64,000 nucleotides of DNA from Octopus sinensis (Eukaryota): the NCBI RefSeq assembly GCF_006345805.1, contig NC_043001.1:39804001-39868000 (forward strand). The letters are read 5' to 3'. The position numbers were made by a program, and so were the translations under genes. The notes under the pieces are model-generated. The model did no database searches and had not been told where the DNA came from. It saw nothing but the letters and a program-made list of their open reading frames with translations. This document shows, piece by piece, positions 1 to 13,618 of this stretch; position 1 is the stretch's first letter; each line of letters opens with the position of its first letter.

Positions 1-339
1 ATCAAAGGTTTATTACTCAACGTACATCAGGGCTTATGTCACCAATTATTTCTGTTTAGTTAAACATTTAACACTCACTGCTTACATTATGGTGTTTCTC
101 TTCTCTCTCCAGAATACCACTTCGCTGCAGACCAAACTCCCTAGCTAGCTCACAGTGAATTTCCTGCCTACAGTTTGTCTGTCATGAATTCTGCCCTACA
201 TTAGAGCCATTGTTGAGACAAGTAAAGAAGTTCGGTGTCATTAAAACTGATAGTTGTGTAAAGAAAGAAAAACTTAAAGAGGAAAAGAATGCAAAAAAAA
301 AAAAGAAACAACCTGGCAGGAGGAAAAGAAAATCTACGG

Positions 340-1120
340 TCAGTTTGCAAGAGATACGAATGCCAAGACAGATACAGAAGATCAATGGCTATGGATAAGG
401 AGGAGTGATCTGAAAATAGACAGAAGCACTTATATGTGCAGCACAAGAACAAGTGTTAAGGACAAACTATGTGAAGTACAGAATCAACAACACTATCAAC
501 AGTGACAAATGCAGAATGTGTGGTGAGAGGGATGAAATAGTATGACGCATCAATAGTGAATGCCCAAAATTGGCATAATGCAAACACAAAAGACATGACA
601 ATGTGGCAAAAATGATACATTGGGATCTCTGTGTAAATCACAGCCTACAAAGAGCAAGAAAAATTGAAAAATCCTGAGATGCAATGATTCTGTGTGATCA
701 TCTGACCAAATAACAGAAACTAGACATTGTCGTGGTGAACAAAAAAGAAAGAACATGCATGATAATTGACATAGCATGTCCCAGTGACAACAGGGTCAAA
801 GAGTAAGAAAAAAGTATTGAACAAGTACAATGATTTGAAGTGGGAAATATGAAGGTTGTGGTCAATGAGGAGAGTAGACACGATACCAATAGTAACTGGT
901 GCATTTGAGGTATTGGTAACATGACTCAAAAAGATTGGTACAAATGTAAAGGTAGAACATCTACAAAAATTAGCATTGCCTGGAACTGCAAGAAATCTTC
1001 ACAAGTTTTTTTAAGCATGACCAGTAAACAAGTGTCACCTTAGTCTGCTGGTTGTGGACAGCTGACATTTTCCATCACACCCAACAAAATAAGTTGAGAG
1101 TTTTCATCAAATAAAAATAC
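340..1120 (+). mobile_element. R4/Dong-like (restriction-like endonuclease) non-LTR retrotransposon, 3' remnant with stops
   Basis: Manual translation gives TEALICAAQEQVLRTNYVKY, a CRMCGE..HDNVAKMIHWDLC zinc knuckle and LDIVVVNKKERTCMIIDIACPSD (RLE PD-(D/E)xK region). Confidence 0.75.
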
Positions 1121-3380
1121 TATGATAAGAGCCACATCCATCTGTCTGTCTCTCTATCCATCCGTCAGTCACACTTTTCTTCAATATTAAGATAGAAAGA
1201 AATTCAAGTAGTTTTTGGAAGAAATTCAAGCAGTTAACTTGAAAGAATGGTATCACATATACTAAAATTAAATAATTCTGTTTAAATGGGAGAGAAAGAG
1301 AACGAGTGAGAGAGAGAGAGAGAGAGAGTGAGTGGTGACTGAAAGGAAGAGAGGAAGAATTTTTATCAGTATTTTCAGAGTAGACTGATACATACAAAGA
1401 AAATAGATACATAGATAATAAAAAAAGTAGATACATACACACATTGTTAAATTAAAAGTAAGAGAGAGGAGGGACACAGAGAAAGTGAGAGAGAAAGAGG
1501 GAACGTGAGAGAGAAAGTGAGAGAGACAGTAGATACATAGATGACATGAAAAAAATAGTTGGTACACAGATACATAGAGTCAGATTGCAGTATTTTAACT
1601 GTGGGGGACATTGGGGACTCTTTTCTCTTATCTGTTGCTCTTTCAGCAATTGATACTCCAACAAAATATCTATGCAGTCGCCCGACTTGCGACAAAAAAC
1701 AACCAAATCTCCCCTCCTGTGTTAGTGTATCTCAGGCAACGTGATTGAATTTTAATAAGACAGCAGGGTAACGCCATTGGTAGGAAAGGAAGGAAGATGA
1801 GAGAAAATGAAATAAAATAACTATTTAAAATACGATAAAGCTAGGAGTACAAGGAGGTGGATAGGTATTAAATATTTTTGAGATCCACAGATACGAAAGC
1901 TTTAAAGGTTCATGGATATCAAAGTCTGAAAGTTAAAGGACATTTGGAAGGTAATTCTATTTAATTTTATTATTACCTGTAGGTTTTAAAAAACATTTGC
2001 TCATTAAAATCCACACTATAATAATGGATACGAACCAGAATATATAGTGATGTTTCAAAATAATTACGTGCACTGAAAATCCCATAAATGAGCTACGCTT
2101 TTATTTTGATAAATTTGAAGTCAATGCTTAAACACACATTTTCTTATTTTTTGAAACAATTCAAACCCCATTATGAGTATTGATATTGCTAGCCATAGAA
2201 GAGAAGCTTCCAGACTTCATCAACAGGAGAGGTGAAGAAGATTGAGCAGTGACTGATGAGAAGCTGTAAGAGACATAAATGCTGCATGACAAAGAGAAGC
2301 GCAGGCTAACTTGAGCCAAACATGATGCTCCAAAATTTTACTACAGGACTTTCTACAACATAGAGTAGCAAGAGAACAAATTTTGCACTGGTTGCAAACA
2401 CTCTCAATTGTTCCTGAGCAGTTGCAGTATATTGCTGATTATTCCTATTTTGTTTCTAAAAGTAACTGCTTGAGATCAGGAGAGTGTAGTATCAAAGTAA
2501 GTATTCATTAGCAATTTTTGCACTGGCTGCAAACACATTCAATTGTTCTTGAGCAGTTGCTTATCATTATATTTATTATTTAATTTTTGTCATGGATTAT
2601 CCTGTGTGTATGAAATATTTAATAAACTTGTATAATACATATATATAGAGAGTGATTTATGTAAATTTAATGTGAAACCAGTGATTGATACTTTAAATTA
2701 TTTTGGGTATACATGAGAAAAAATTGTACATTAAACTACATATTGTTTAACGGGTACCCTAGTAATAATAATAAATACCCTGATGCATTACCAGGCACTG
2801 GTTCTTATGTCTTCTGATGTTAACTGATTGGAAGTGTTATATAGATGTTTTGTTTTGACATAAAAGATGGGCTACACAAAATATTTTGCTCAATACCATA
2901 CATTTGCTTGGTATTTGCTTCACCTTAACACATGAGCATGTCCCTTAGTGGCTGACAGCATGTGCATCTCTAATCAAGAGCAGGAGCAGAGGGGAAGCAT
3001 CATAGCCATGTGTTGAGAGGAATTCTTTGGTATTTGAATAATTCACTTCTGGAAACATGAGTGTTTTGTTCTTCATCCTTAAACAAACTTTATTCAGGGG
3101 TTTTTGACTGGAATGGGCCACTTGACCTGAAGAAAATTCTATCTGGACCCTACCTGCAAGGTATGAGCTATTTATTTTGATATGAAATCATTCTGTCATG
3201 AACATATGATTGTGATGCATGTGCCTGGTGTACTCTTATCAGATGGATTGCCATGATGGGTATATTGGGCTTAGTATATTTGTACTCCAGTGTCACTTGG
3301 ATGGCATGCACTGCTCTCTCTCTCTCTCTCTCAATAATAATAATGATGATGATGATGATGATGATCAGGAGGAAGAGGAC

Positions 3381-3417
<37 letters not shown>

Positions 3418-3999
3418 CAGTGAATGATGAACATCATTGACATGCATAACGAGCTGTCTGGGAGGAAAGACTGAATCTGAGATCATCACCAAGTAGTATC
3501 TAAGAAATCACAAAAAAAAGAAATGAAACAAAATATTTTTTAATGTAAGTCATTTCAAGAAACTGAACGACTTTTACTCAAAGCTGTAAACATGTAGAGC
3601 TGCAATGTCAAACTAATGGAATACCACAGTGAAACATATGCAAGAAAGTGTAAAAATTATGAGGAGCTGAAGATTTATTGTAAATGGAACTGTGAACAAC
3701 ACTGTGAGTACTAGAATTAATCACATTTGTATTCTCATTACTACATGTGTGCACAATGCTGTTTTATGCTTACACATCAACAAATATAATGTTTATACAA
3801 CTCACATATAAATACGTGAACAAAACAAATGATCATTGAATGCACAGTATGTAAATGAGTTTAACAAAAGTTGTAGCAAATTTGCTTTCAAACAGTGTGC
3901 TTGCTGATAACGACATCAAAAATAGAGAAATAGTGGTGAATTTCATTCTGTGAGCCTTGAGCAATCATGATACAAAAGAAGCTTCAGCACACACCAGAG

Positions 4000-5539
4000 A
4001 GGTGCTCTGTCAAAAAGTTAACACTGGACAGATGGACTCATCCTCTATTGTCACCGACGAAATGAAATCCAAACCAAAAGAGAATGATGGAAATATGTTG
4101 ACTACATTGAAGTGCTATATTCTACAATGCAACACTATACCCAAAACACATAGGAATAATAAAAGAATCATATGACATATGGAGAAAGAGTGATAAAGAT
4201 ATAAGGAAAGCAAAATATTCTTATTAGAAAATAAAGTGAAAACTTTAAGACAAGATCTGAGTAGAACAGTAGCCTGGAAATAGAACTAGCAAGGAAACAC
4301 AAAAATTAAAATCTTCTCTTCAGAAAAGATACCTAGCCAAAGAGAAAGGATTTAGGATATTCATGGAAGACCTGACACAGTATATCATAGTAATAGCTAG
4401 CAGGTAAGCTTTCCAGATATCAGAAAAGAATATATCAGTATCAAAGAAATGATGGTTTGAGACAGACAAGAGGAGATTTTATGATAAAATGGTGTAGAAG
4501 AAACTAATGAAGATGCAATTCCTTATGCAGAGAAGGCTAGAAAGTTCTGGAGTGATATTTAGGATAAGCCAGCTAATCATAATGGAGATGCAGTATGGTT
4601 AAAGAAAGTAGGAGTGAGAAGCACTAAAACTTACTAGTGAAATAATGAGCAAAGTGCTAGAAAGAATGCTGAATTGGAAGACCAAGGACCAAACTTTGTT
4701 CAAATAAATTTAGTAGCTTACATAGAAGACTGAAGGAACAACTTCAGGATAGCCTAAATAGAGGAGTTGTACCCAGTTGGATGACTAGAAAGAGAATAGA
4801 ACTTTTCCTAAAAACAAAATAAGGGCAATATATGATAGATAGTAATTATAGACCAATTACCTGCTTACCATTGGTGTGCAAGCTGTTAACAGGAATGCTC
4901 TCAGAGAACATTTATGAACACCTAGATAACCAGAATTTGTGGCCAGAACAGAAAGGTTAGAGGAGAGAAAAGCATGATATATTATAGACAAAGATGTCCT
5001 AAAAGAAGTGAAATCCAGAAAAGAAAAGTTAGCAATAGCATGGATAGATTATAAGAAACCCTATGGCATGATTCAACACTCACGGATAAATGAATGCTTC
5101 AGAATATTCAGTATTGCACACAACAGAAACTTAATTAACTATGGCATGACAAGATGGAAATTAGATCTGAACTCAGGTGGTACAGCTTTATGGAAAGTTA
5201 TCCCCTTTGCATTATGTTTAATCTGCCTCAGTTTAGTATAAAGAAAGGTAAAAGTAGGATATCAGTTTAGAGATAGTAATGGAAAAATTCACCATTTGCT
5301 CTACATGGATGATCAGAAGCTTTTTAGTAAGGATGTAAAAGAGATGGATTCCTTAATACAGAGTGTAAAATTTTTCAACAAAGATACAGATATCGAAATT
5401 GTCATAGATAAGTGTGTAACATTAGTCATAAAGAAAGAGACAAGTAGTCAGCAGTGAAGGCCTTCATTTACCAGATGGCCAGGCATTACAATCAGTGAAA
5501 GGAGAAAGTTATAAGTATCTAGGAGTATTAGACTCTGAC
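4000..5539 (+). mobile_element. R4/Dong-like LINE reverse transcriptase remnant (pseudogenised)
   Basis: NYRPITCLPLVCKLLTG (~4847), LAIAWIDYKKPYGMIQH (ORF 5008..5241), HLLYMDDQKL (~5290), YKYLGVL (~5510); many stops. Confidence 0.75.
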
Positions 5540-5762
5540 TGTTGTGGAAGGATTCTGACCACCCCCAAGTGACTAAAAGTGGACTGACTCATTGCTATAA
5601 AATAAAGAACTGGCAGCCTTATTGATTAGGTAAGCAGTTCACTGTGAGCTGTTGGCAGCAAGCATTTAATTTTGTGCTATAGTAATCATAGTGCATTGTG
5701 TGAGTATTTTCTTTCCCCCTGCTTCATTAACTTATAAACACCAGGATATATAAGGGGTGACA
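5540..5762 (+). repeat. Putative 5' LTR of the downstream Gypsy gag remnant
   Basis: TGTTG...TGACA termini; cuts off the R4 RT on the left and precedes a gag-like frame. No second copy in the window. Confidence 0.4.
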
Positions 5763-5839
5763 AATTGTTCGAAACTTGCATTGGATGTTTAAATGTTTTG
5801 TTTTTTTTTGTACAAAATGAAAGAAAAAAATCGTTTAAC

Positions 5840-7330
5840 ATGGAGGACTTATTGGCTTTCGTAGGGCAGTTTCAACAGCAATAAAAACAAAACCAACACT
5901 TACTGGGATTAATGTTGAAGAAGTCTGAAAAAATTTCAGGTTCTTTTTTGCTAGACAGCATAGCAAATTCAGTTTAAGAATTCAGCTACAAACCAGAAGG
6001 GATTACGTTCTCTGCATATTTTTGAAGATATGAAAAATCATCAAAGAAGAGTGTAAAAACTGGTCAGATGAGAAAAAAGTATGACTACTTCTAAGAAAGT
6101 TATCTCCTTCTACACATGAAAAATACAGTTAATTATATTCTGCCGAAGAAAACAGGTGAAATTCGTTTTGATGAAACATTTAATATTTTATTAAAAATTT
6201 TCAATGAAAGACATTCCCTGTTCAATATTCGCTGGTAGTGTTTGAATTTGGTTAAAAAAGATGTTGAAGATTTCGTCACCTATACTGGAGTGGTTAACAG
6301 AAAGTGTGAAAAATTCAAATTAAATGAATTAACTCCGAACATGTTCAACATCATCATCATCATCATCATTGTTTAACGTCTGCTTTCCATGCTGGTATGG
6401 GTTGGACAGTTTGACTGAGAGCTGGCAAGCCAGAAGGCTGCACTAGACTCCAATCCGATCTGACAAAGTTTCTACAGCTGGATACCCTTCCTAACACCAA
6501 CCACTCCAAGAGTGTAGTGGCTGCTTTTTACATGCCATCGCACAAGGGCCATTCAGGCAGTACTGGCATCAACCATGCTTGAATGGTGCATTTTATGTGC
6601 CACCGGCATGGGAGCCAGTCAGACGGCACAGGCAACAACCACGCTCAAATGGTACTTTTTACATGCCACTGGCACGTGACCAGTCAGCTGGCACTGGCAT
6701 CAACCACACTCAAATGGTGTTTCTTATATACTACCAGCACGGGTGCCAATCAGGTGGCACTTATGGAATTCCTACCTACAATTTCTCTACAGATCGAGCA
6801 GGGCCATCTACCTGAATGGATTTGTGGTTTGTCAGTCTTCTTACTTACTTAGACTTTGGTTTTTGCTAGATTGACTCTTAGGCCCTTCGATTCTAGACCT
6901 TACTTCCACACCTGAAACTTCTCTAGTTCTGATAGTGACTCAGCTATTAGAGCAAGGTCATCAGCATTAGAGAAGTCCCAGAGGCCTCCTGTCTTGAATT
7001 CCTCTGTTCCTGTCTGGAGTACTATGATGAATAAGAGGGGGCTGGGGACAGATCCTTGGTGGACCCCTACACCTACCCAGAATGTTCAGATGTTTAATTT
7101 TTGTTCAAAGGCTAACTGCAAGCAAAGATGCAGATATAAGTTCCTTGATATTAACAAAATTAGAAGAGGACCAAAAATTAACTCTGCAGGCAGTAGCAGA
7201 AGAATACCAAAGGATTATAAATCTATGACATGATGCAGATAAAAGTGAAGAGAAAAATTGCCCTCATATTCATGCGTGTCAACCAGTAATGGTTATGAAA
7301 AAGAAAATTCTCCTATTTTAGCCCCGTGTT
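5840..7330 (+). mobile_element. Gypsy-type (K02A2.6-like) gag remnant, split by an RTE insertion
   Basis: Left part reads ECKNWSDEKKV*LLLRKL...CEKFKLNELTPNMF; right part resumes (M)FRCLIFVQRLTASKDADI...KLTLQAVAEEYQRIINL at 7082. Confidence 0.7.
6348..7081 (-). mobile_element. 5'-truncated RTE-clade LINE (RT fragment, 3' UTR, (GAT)n tail)
   Basis: VGVHQGSVPSPLLFIIVL on the minus strand; 3' UTR shared with other copies; ATGTTCA target-site duplication at 6341-6347 and 7082-7088. Confidence 0.85.
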
Positions 7331-7785
7331 TGTGTATTTGTGTGCATATGTGTGTATGTGTGTGTGTTCGTGCATGTGTGTGTGGCTGTATATGTCTGTT
7401 TATTTGTGCTTATCCAAAGCCTGAATGGGTGCCATTGCAAAGAGATTTTATCTCACCTCCCCCATCTTTCTCTCTCCCATTATACACACATACATGCGCA
7501 TACATGTGTATATGTATATAATTTCCCATAAAATAAAAATACATATACATACAATCATAACATAAATACAAAGACCTCAACCAAACCACTATCAAAAATA
7601 ATTGAACTTTTAACCTTCAACTATTGTAGCCAAAATACTGAGTACTGAATTCTTTTACACATACACATCCATTTAGCCTTTTGCTTTTTCATTTTTTGCT
7701 TTCTTTGATACATACATACATAATATGTATAAATAAAATACACTTTATTGAAATAATAAAGTTTCCCCAAAATTAAATATATACA

Positions 7786-7881
<96 letters not shown>

Positions 7882-7883
7882 CA

Positions 7884-9420
7884 TATCATCATCATCGTTT
7901 AATGTCTGCTTTCCATGTTAGCATGGGTTGGACGATTTGACTGAGGTCTGGAGAGCCAGTGGCTGCACCAGGTTCCAATCTGATCTGATAATGTTTCTAC
8001 AGCTGGATGCCCTTCCTAACGCTAACCACTCTGGGAGTATAGTGAGTGCCTTTTATGTGCCAGCAGCACAGGAGCCAGTCAGGTGGGCCTGGCATCGATC
8101 ACATTCAGATAGTGATTTTTACATGCCACCGGCATGGGGGCCAGCAAGGGGGTACTGGCATTGGCCACATTCGGATGGTGCTTTTTATGTGCCACCAGCA
8201 TGAGAGCCAGTTAGGTGAAGGTCAATGTTCGAAGGTCATTCTTTACCACCTCATCTTCCTGGGTCTACCTCTTCCACAGGTTCCTTCCACAGTTAGGGAG
8301 TGGCACTTCCTCACACAGCTGGCTTCATCCATACATAATACATGATCATACCAGTGCAGTTTTCTCTCTTGCATGCTACATTTGATGCTTCTTATGCCCA
8401 ACTTTTCTCTCGGGGACCTTACACTCTGTTGTGTATGTGCACTGACATTACACATCCAGCAGATCGTACTAGCTTCATTTCTTTCAAGCCTACAAGTGTC
8501 CTTAGCAGTCATGGCCCATGTTTCACTGCCATGTAGCATGGCAGTTTGTGCACATGCATCATACAGGCAACCTTTCATCCTAAACGAGACACCCTTTGTT
8601 GCCAGCAGAGGTAGGACCTCCCTGAACTTTGTCCAGGCTATTCTTATTCTAGCCACTACACTCTCAGAGCAACCAACCTCACTACAGACTTGGTCACCTA
8701 TGTAGCAGAAGCTATTAACTACTTCTAGTTTCTCCACCTGGCATGTGATGGAATCTGCTTTCTGTACTTCTTCAGTGTTTATTGCCTCTGTGCATCTGCC
8801 ATACACAAAAACTATCTTCCTGGTTAACCTTCCTTTGATTTTGCTGCACCTTTTATGTGTCCATAGCTTACATCAGTTACATCATATGGAGTTTCTACCC
8901 ATGCCTTTTCTACAAATCAAGCAGGTTATCTACCTGAAGGGGTTTGTGATTTAACAGTCTTCCTACTTACTAAGACTTTGGTTTTTGCTAGGTTAACCCT
9001 GAGGCCCTTTGCTTCTATACCCTAAACTTTGCCTCTGGTTCTACAGTGACTCAGCAATTAGAGCAAGGTCATCAGCATAGAGGAGCTCCCAGAGGCAGCC
9101 TGTTTCGAATTCCTCTATTATTGCCTGAAGGACTATAATGAATAAGAGGGAGTTGAGCCCCTACTTCACTCAGAATTCTTCACTATACTCATTGCCAACC
9201 CTCACTTTACAGACAGCATCCCTGTACAAGGCTTGTACAACTCTTACCAACCTCTCATCTACCTCCAGTTTCCACATTGACCACCAGATAAGGGATCGGG
9301 GACCCTGTCAAAGGCCTTTTCCATGTCAACAAACGCCAAGTACAGAGGTTTATCTATGGCAAGATATTTCTCCTGCAGCTGCCTTACCAGAAATATAGCA
9401 ACAGCGATGCTTCTGCCTGG
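7884..9420 (-). mobile_element. RTE-clade LINE, 3' 1.5 kb
   Basis: ORF 8243..8806 (AMLHGSETW, LHWYDHVLCM, GRGRPRK); RT motif region upstream; (GAT)n tail at 7884. Confidence 0.9.
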
Positions 9421-9553
9421 CATATATATATTTGTGTTTGTAATAGTGTGTATGTCAGTGAATTGAGTGTATATATGTATGTGTATGTTCGTGTGTATCA
9501 GTTTCTATCAATATGTATAATTTTGGGGAAACTTTTTTATTTCAATGAAGTGT

Positions 9554-9590
<37 letters not shown>

Positions 9591-9592
<2 letters not shown>

Positions 9593-9899
9593 TGATCACG
9601 TGACCGACCAGGCTATCAGATGTTGCTACACATCGCTGGTCACAATGCGCTTTGCATTGTTTTTGCCTTCAAATGACACCACCCCATTCGCTAAGTGAGC
9701 AGGCCAACAGGAGAAAGAGTGAGAGAAAGTTGTGGCAAAAGAGTACTGCAAGGATCGCCATGACCCCCTGCTGGAGCCTCATGGAGCTATAGGTGATTTC
9801 ACTCAATAAACGCTCACAATGCCCGGTCTGGGAATCGAAACCGCGATCCTATGACCGCAAGTCTGCTGCCCTAACCACTGGGCCATTGTGCCTCCACAC
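9591..9899 (-). mobile_element. tRNA-derived SINE, second family
   Basis: Minus-strand head GGCACAATGGCCCAGTGGTTAGGG (A-box) ... GGTTTCGATTCCC (B-box); bounded by TA microsatellites. Confidence 0.7.
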
Positions 9900-9934
9900 A
9901 CACATATATATATATAAATACATACATACATACA

Positions 9935-9970
<36 letters not shown>

Positions 9971-9972
<2 letters not shown>

Positions 9973-10362
9973 TGCAGGAGTGGCTGTGTGGTAAGTAGCT
10001 TGCTAAACAACCACATGGTCCCGGGTTCAGTCCCACTGCGTGGAATCTTGGGCAAGAGTCTTCTGCTATAGCCCCGGGCCGATTAATGCCTTGTGAGTGG
10101 ATTTGGTAGACGGAAACTGAAAGACGCCTGTCGTATATATGTATATATATATGTGTGTGTATGTGTTTGTCCCCCTAGCATTGCTTGACAACCGATGCTG
10201 GTGTGTTTACGTCCCCGTTACTTAGCGGTTCGGCAAAAGAGACTGATAGAATAAGTACTGGGCTTACAAAGAATAAGTCCCAGGGTCGATTTGCTCGACT
10301 AAAAGGCGGTGCTCCAGCATGGCCGCAGTCAAATGACTAAAACAAGTAAAAGAGTAAAAGAG
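9971..10362 (+). mobile_element. Full-length tRNA-derived SINE with internal TA/TG microsatellite
   Basis: A-box-like TGGCTGTGTGGT, B-box-like GGTTCAGTCCC and GTAAAAGAGTAAAAGAG tail; homologous copies at 10821, 12557 and 54912. Confidence 0.85.
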
Positions 10363-10820
10363 TATATATACATGTATATATACACATAATATATATATAT
10401 GTTTGTATAGACTGACACACACACACATACATATACATTCAATTCACCCACATACACACTATTACAGACACAAATATTTTAAACAAACATCCTCATAAAG
10501 ACTCCCAAACATTCGCATACAAACATACATATTGATCCCTTACACTAAAAATGCAAGAAATTTCTTCAAATTCAGAGACTGACCCAAGCCGTTTTGGATA
10601 AATGGGTTTATCTTTTGATATCTTTTGATGCTAATAAAGAGAAAATATGTTTTATTTTTCTTTTGAAAGACCATGTAGATTTTTTTAAAAGACTTCAGGA
10701 AGAAAACCCTTATGAAATATCGCCATATAGAATGTGACCCTCTTGAGTGCAGGGCCCCCTTTGGCATGGTGCCTGACTGGGAGCAATCATTCTAATCAGC
10801 TTAAGGCTGGCCCTGTGGAT

Positions 10821-10985
10821 AGGTGCAGGAGTGCCTGAGTGGTATGAAGCTTACTTCCAAACCACATGGTTCTGGGTTCAATCCCACTGCATGGCACCTT
10901 GGACAAGTGTCTTCTACTATAGACTTGGGCTGACCAAAGCCTTGTCAGTGGATTTGGTAGACAGAAACTGAAAGAAGCCCATCAT
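10821..10985 (+). mobile_element. SINE 5' half
   Basis: Same head and body as 9971..10130. Confidence 0.75.
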
Positions 10986-12067
10986 ATATATAGATATTTA
11001 GATATTTATATATAAATATAGTTACACTGTGTTCTGTGTTTTTATATATATATATATAATATGTAGAAAAATACAAACTGGGACAAGAACGTAAAACATT
11101 TAGAAGACGATACAAAAAACACGGACGGGATATTCGAAGCCTTCAATCTTCAGTCAAGAACCGGATCATCCTAGCAATTTTGGCTGATTAATCTTGAGAT
11201 CGCTCCGATCCAGCCATCCCCAAGGAAAAACTAAGCTACGAGCATTAGATTTCTTGGAAGAAGGATCGAATGTATACGAAACAGGGACAGAAAAACAGAC
11301 GATGCCACACAAATATAAAATACAAAAAACAATAATGGTAAAAACAGGACAAAAACAGCAGGTGTCTTACAACTAATAAACAGTACAAGTTTTGCTGGTG
11401 TATTTGGAAAAAATGCCTTTATCGGCAGACGAAGACAATGATGTTCTCACGGCAGTGGTTGGAGGCCAAAAGGGCTGATTTGATCAGGTCACGTGAGAGA
11501 AGAGAGAGAAAAGAAAGGGGGCAAAGGAAACAAAGAGAGCGAGAAAAAGAGGGACGAAGGCAACAAAGGGGGGAGCAGAGAGAGAAAGAAGGAATTAAAG
11601 AGGGGAGAAGAAAGAGTGCGGGCCAAGGATTGGCTTGTGAGTGCAAAGTGAGAAAGACAGAGAAATGTGAGAGAGTGGGGGAAGATGTCTCTTTCTCTAT
11701 CTATAAAAGATAGATTCTTGTTTTTTTCTCCACTAGACCTGATAGAATAATCTTAAACCCCTCCCCCAGTAGTAAATCTAAATAGCAAAGTAAAATCAAT
11801 GATAAGCAGTGTCTTCATGAAAAAATATTAATTACTACCATGTTTTTGTTAAGGAAACTTGTTTCTCTGTCTACCTACTTACCCTCTTTGGTAAATGGAA
11901 TAACTATAAAAATGAATCTTTTAAATTTAACTAAATTCTATATTTATATGCAGCTGAAGATTGCTCTACGTTTTAAAATTGATGTAATACTTGCATTGTT
12001 TGATTAAAAGGAGTCGAATGGAACGATCGTACTGCATTACCTCTGAATATCTTTGTTGCTTATTTTG

Positions 12068-12102
<35 letters not shown>

Positions 12103-12344
12103 CGTTTTGGGATTTGGTTTGCAAGTTTCTTTGTGTGAGTTCGTGTGTTGAAGCATATTATGTTTTGTCTGGGGAGAGTCATTCTCTTTCAGTACCTTGT
12201 AATTTAACACTCTCACTGATAAAATTTCCACTCATTTCCTTCTTTATTTTTCTAAAATTTTTGTTGCGTTTTGCAGCCTTTTCAATCGTTGTTGACTCTG
12301 TCCATTAATCACAGTGTTCTGTATATATATATATATATATATAT

Positions 12345-12716
12345 GCATTCATGTGTCTCTGTTTGTTGCTCCACCATCACTTGACAACCGATGTTGTTCT
12401 GTTTATGTCCCTGTAACTTAGTGGTTCAGCAAAAGGGATTGATACAATAAGTACTAGGCTTACAAAGAATAAGTCTTGTGGTCAATTTGTTCGACTAAAG
12501 GCGTATCCCAGAATGGCCACATTCAAATGACTGAAACAAGTAAAAGAATAAACGATAGGAATGGCTGTGTGGTAAGTAGCTTGCTTACCAACCACATGGT
12601 TCCGGATTTATTCCCACTGCGTGGCACCTTGGGCAAGTGTCTTCTACTATAGCCTCAGGTGAACCAAAGCCTTGTGAGTGGATTTGGTAGATGGAAACTG
12701 AAAGAAGCCTATCGTA

Positions 12717-12779
<63 letters not shown>

Positions 12780-13023
12780 GTGTGTGTGTGTGTATGTATG
12801 TGTGTGTGTATGTTTGTGTGTCTGTGTTTGTCCCCCCAACATCGCTTGACAACCGATGCTGGTGTGTTTACGTCCCCGTAACTTAGCAGTTCGGCAAAAG
12901 AGGCCAATAGAATAAGTACTAGAATTAGAAAAATTAAGTCCTGGGGTCGACTTGCTCGACTAAAGGCAGTGCTCTAGCATGGCTGCAGTCAAAATGACTG
13001 AAACAAGTAAAAGAGTAAAAGAG
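12345..13023 (+). mobile_element. Tandem SINEs: 3' half (12345-12548) followed by a full copy (12557-13023)
   Basis: Both carry CTTGACAACCGATG...ATGACTGAAACAAGTAAAAG; the second has the tRNA-like head. Confidence 0.85.
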
Positions 13024-13306
13024 AATACACACACAGATACTTATCTGTATGTGTGTGTGCATCTTTATGCTTGATTTTCACCACTTTACAGCCAGTGTAG
13101 ATTTGTTTACAACTCACTTGCCTAGCAATTTCACTAAAAGAGACATAGCACAATGTGCCAAACTAAAACGATAAGTATTGAATCCATCTAATTGACTAAA
13201 CCCTTCAAGGTAGTGCCCCAGTATGACCACAGTACAATGACTGAAATAAATAAAGGAATAATAGAAAAGAATTACATGCTTAACTGTGCAAAAAATAATT
13301 ACTTAC

Positions 13307-13618
13307 AAAATACTCTAATATTGAACAAGCTTGTGTGGAAACCAGTACTGCAAATGATGCTCATGTTGTCTTCAGCTAAACTGACATTGGTTATATTCAA
13401 TGTGCAGATTCTTTCTTGGCAACTAGTTTCTTGACGGCTACCAAAATATTTAGTATAATTTTCGTTGCATGTTCCACTGTATTTAGCAATTACTGTTCCA
13501 TTTCCAGTATACCAAGTTACTGTAGCACCACTATTAACTGTGTTACATTTCAATGTGAAGATTTCATCCTTTATGGGATTTGGAGTTTCAGAACTTGGGT
13601 AAAGATTCCCACTGTCAT
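13307..13618 (-). CDS. Host gene exon: second Ig-like domain (phase 1-1, 312 nt)
   Basis: Acceptor tttgtcttttag and donor GTAAGT; open frame FTLKC...VTWY...CTLNITNV...MSIIC with Ig B/C/E/F-strand spacing and N-glycosylation sequons. Confidence 0.8.

Noticed and set aside
85-200. Minus-strand exon candidate ending at a GTAAGC donor
   Set aside because: The translation (IHCELAREFGLQR) resembles an RLE-LINE fragment, and there are stops in all frames upstream.
2378-2560. 48-bp imperfect direct repeat (TTTTGCACTGG.TGCAAACAC...GAGCAGTTGC x2)
   Set aside because: Only two copies, with no termini or structure suggesting function; probably an old local duplication.
6580-6770. Regularly spaced repeats resembling a CRISPR array
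   Set aside because: These are contiguous imperfect tandem units in a LINE 3' UTR, with no unique spacers and no cas genes, in a eukaryotic context.
11065-11200. CTGAAGA...CGAAT hammerhead-like core on the minus strand in a probable PLE-type terminus
   Set aside because: GAAA is replaced by GAAU, and stems I and III could not be built convincingly.
11948-12070. CAGCTGAAGATTGCTC repeat (also at about 41700 and 61150) as an HHR
   Set aside because: It is a real dispersed repeat, but no stem II or GAAA follows the core.
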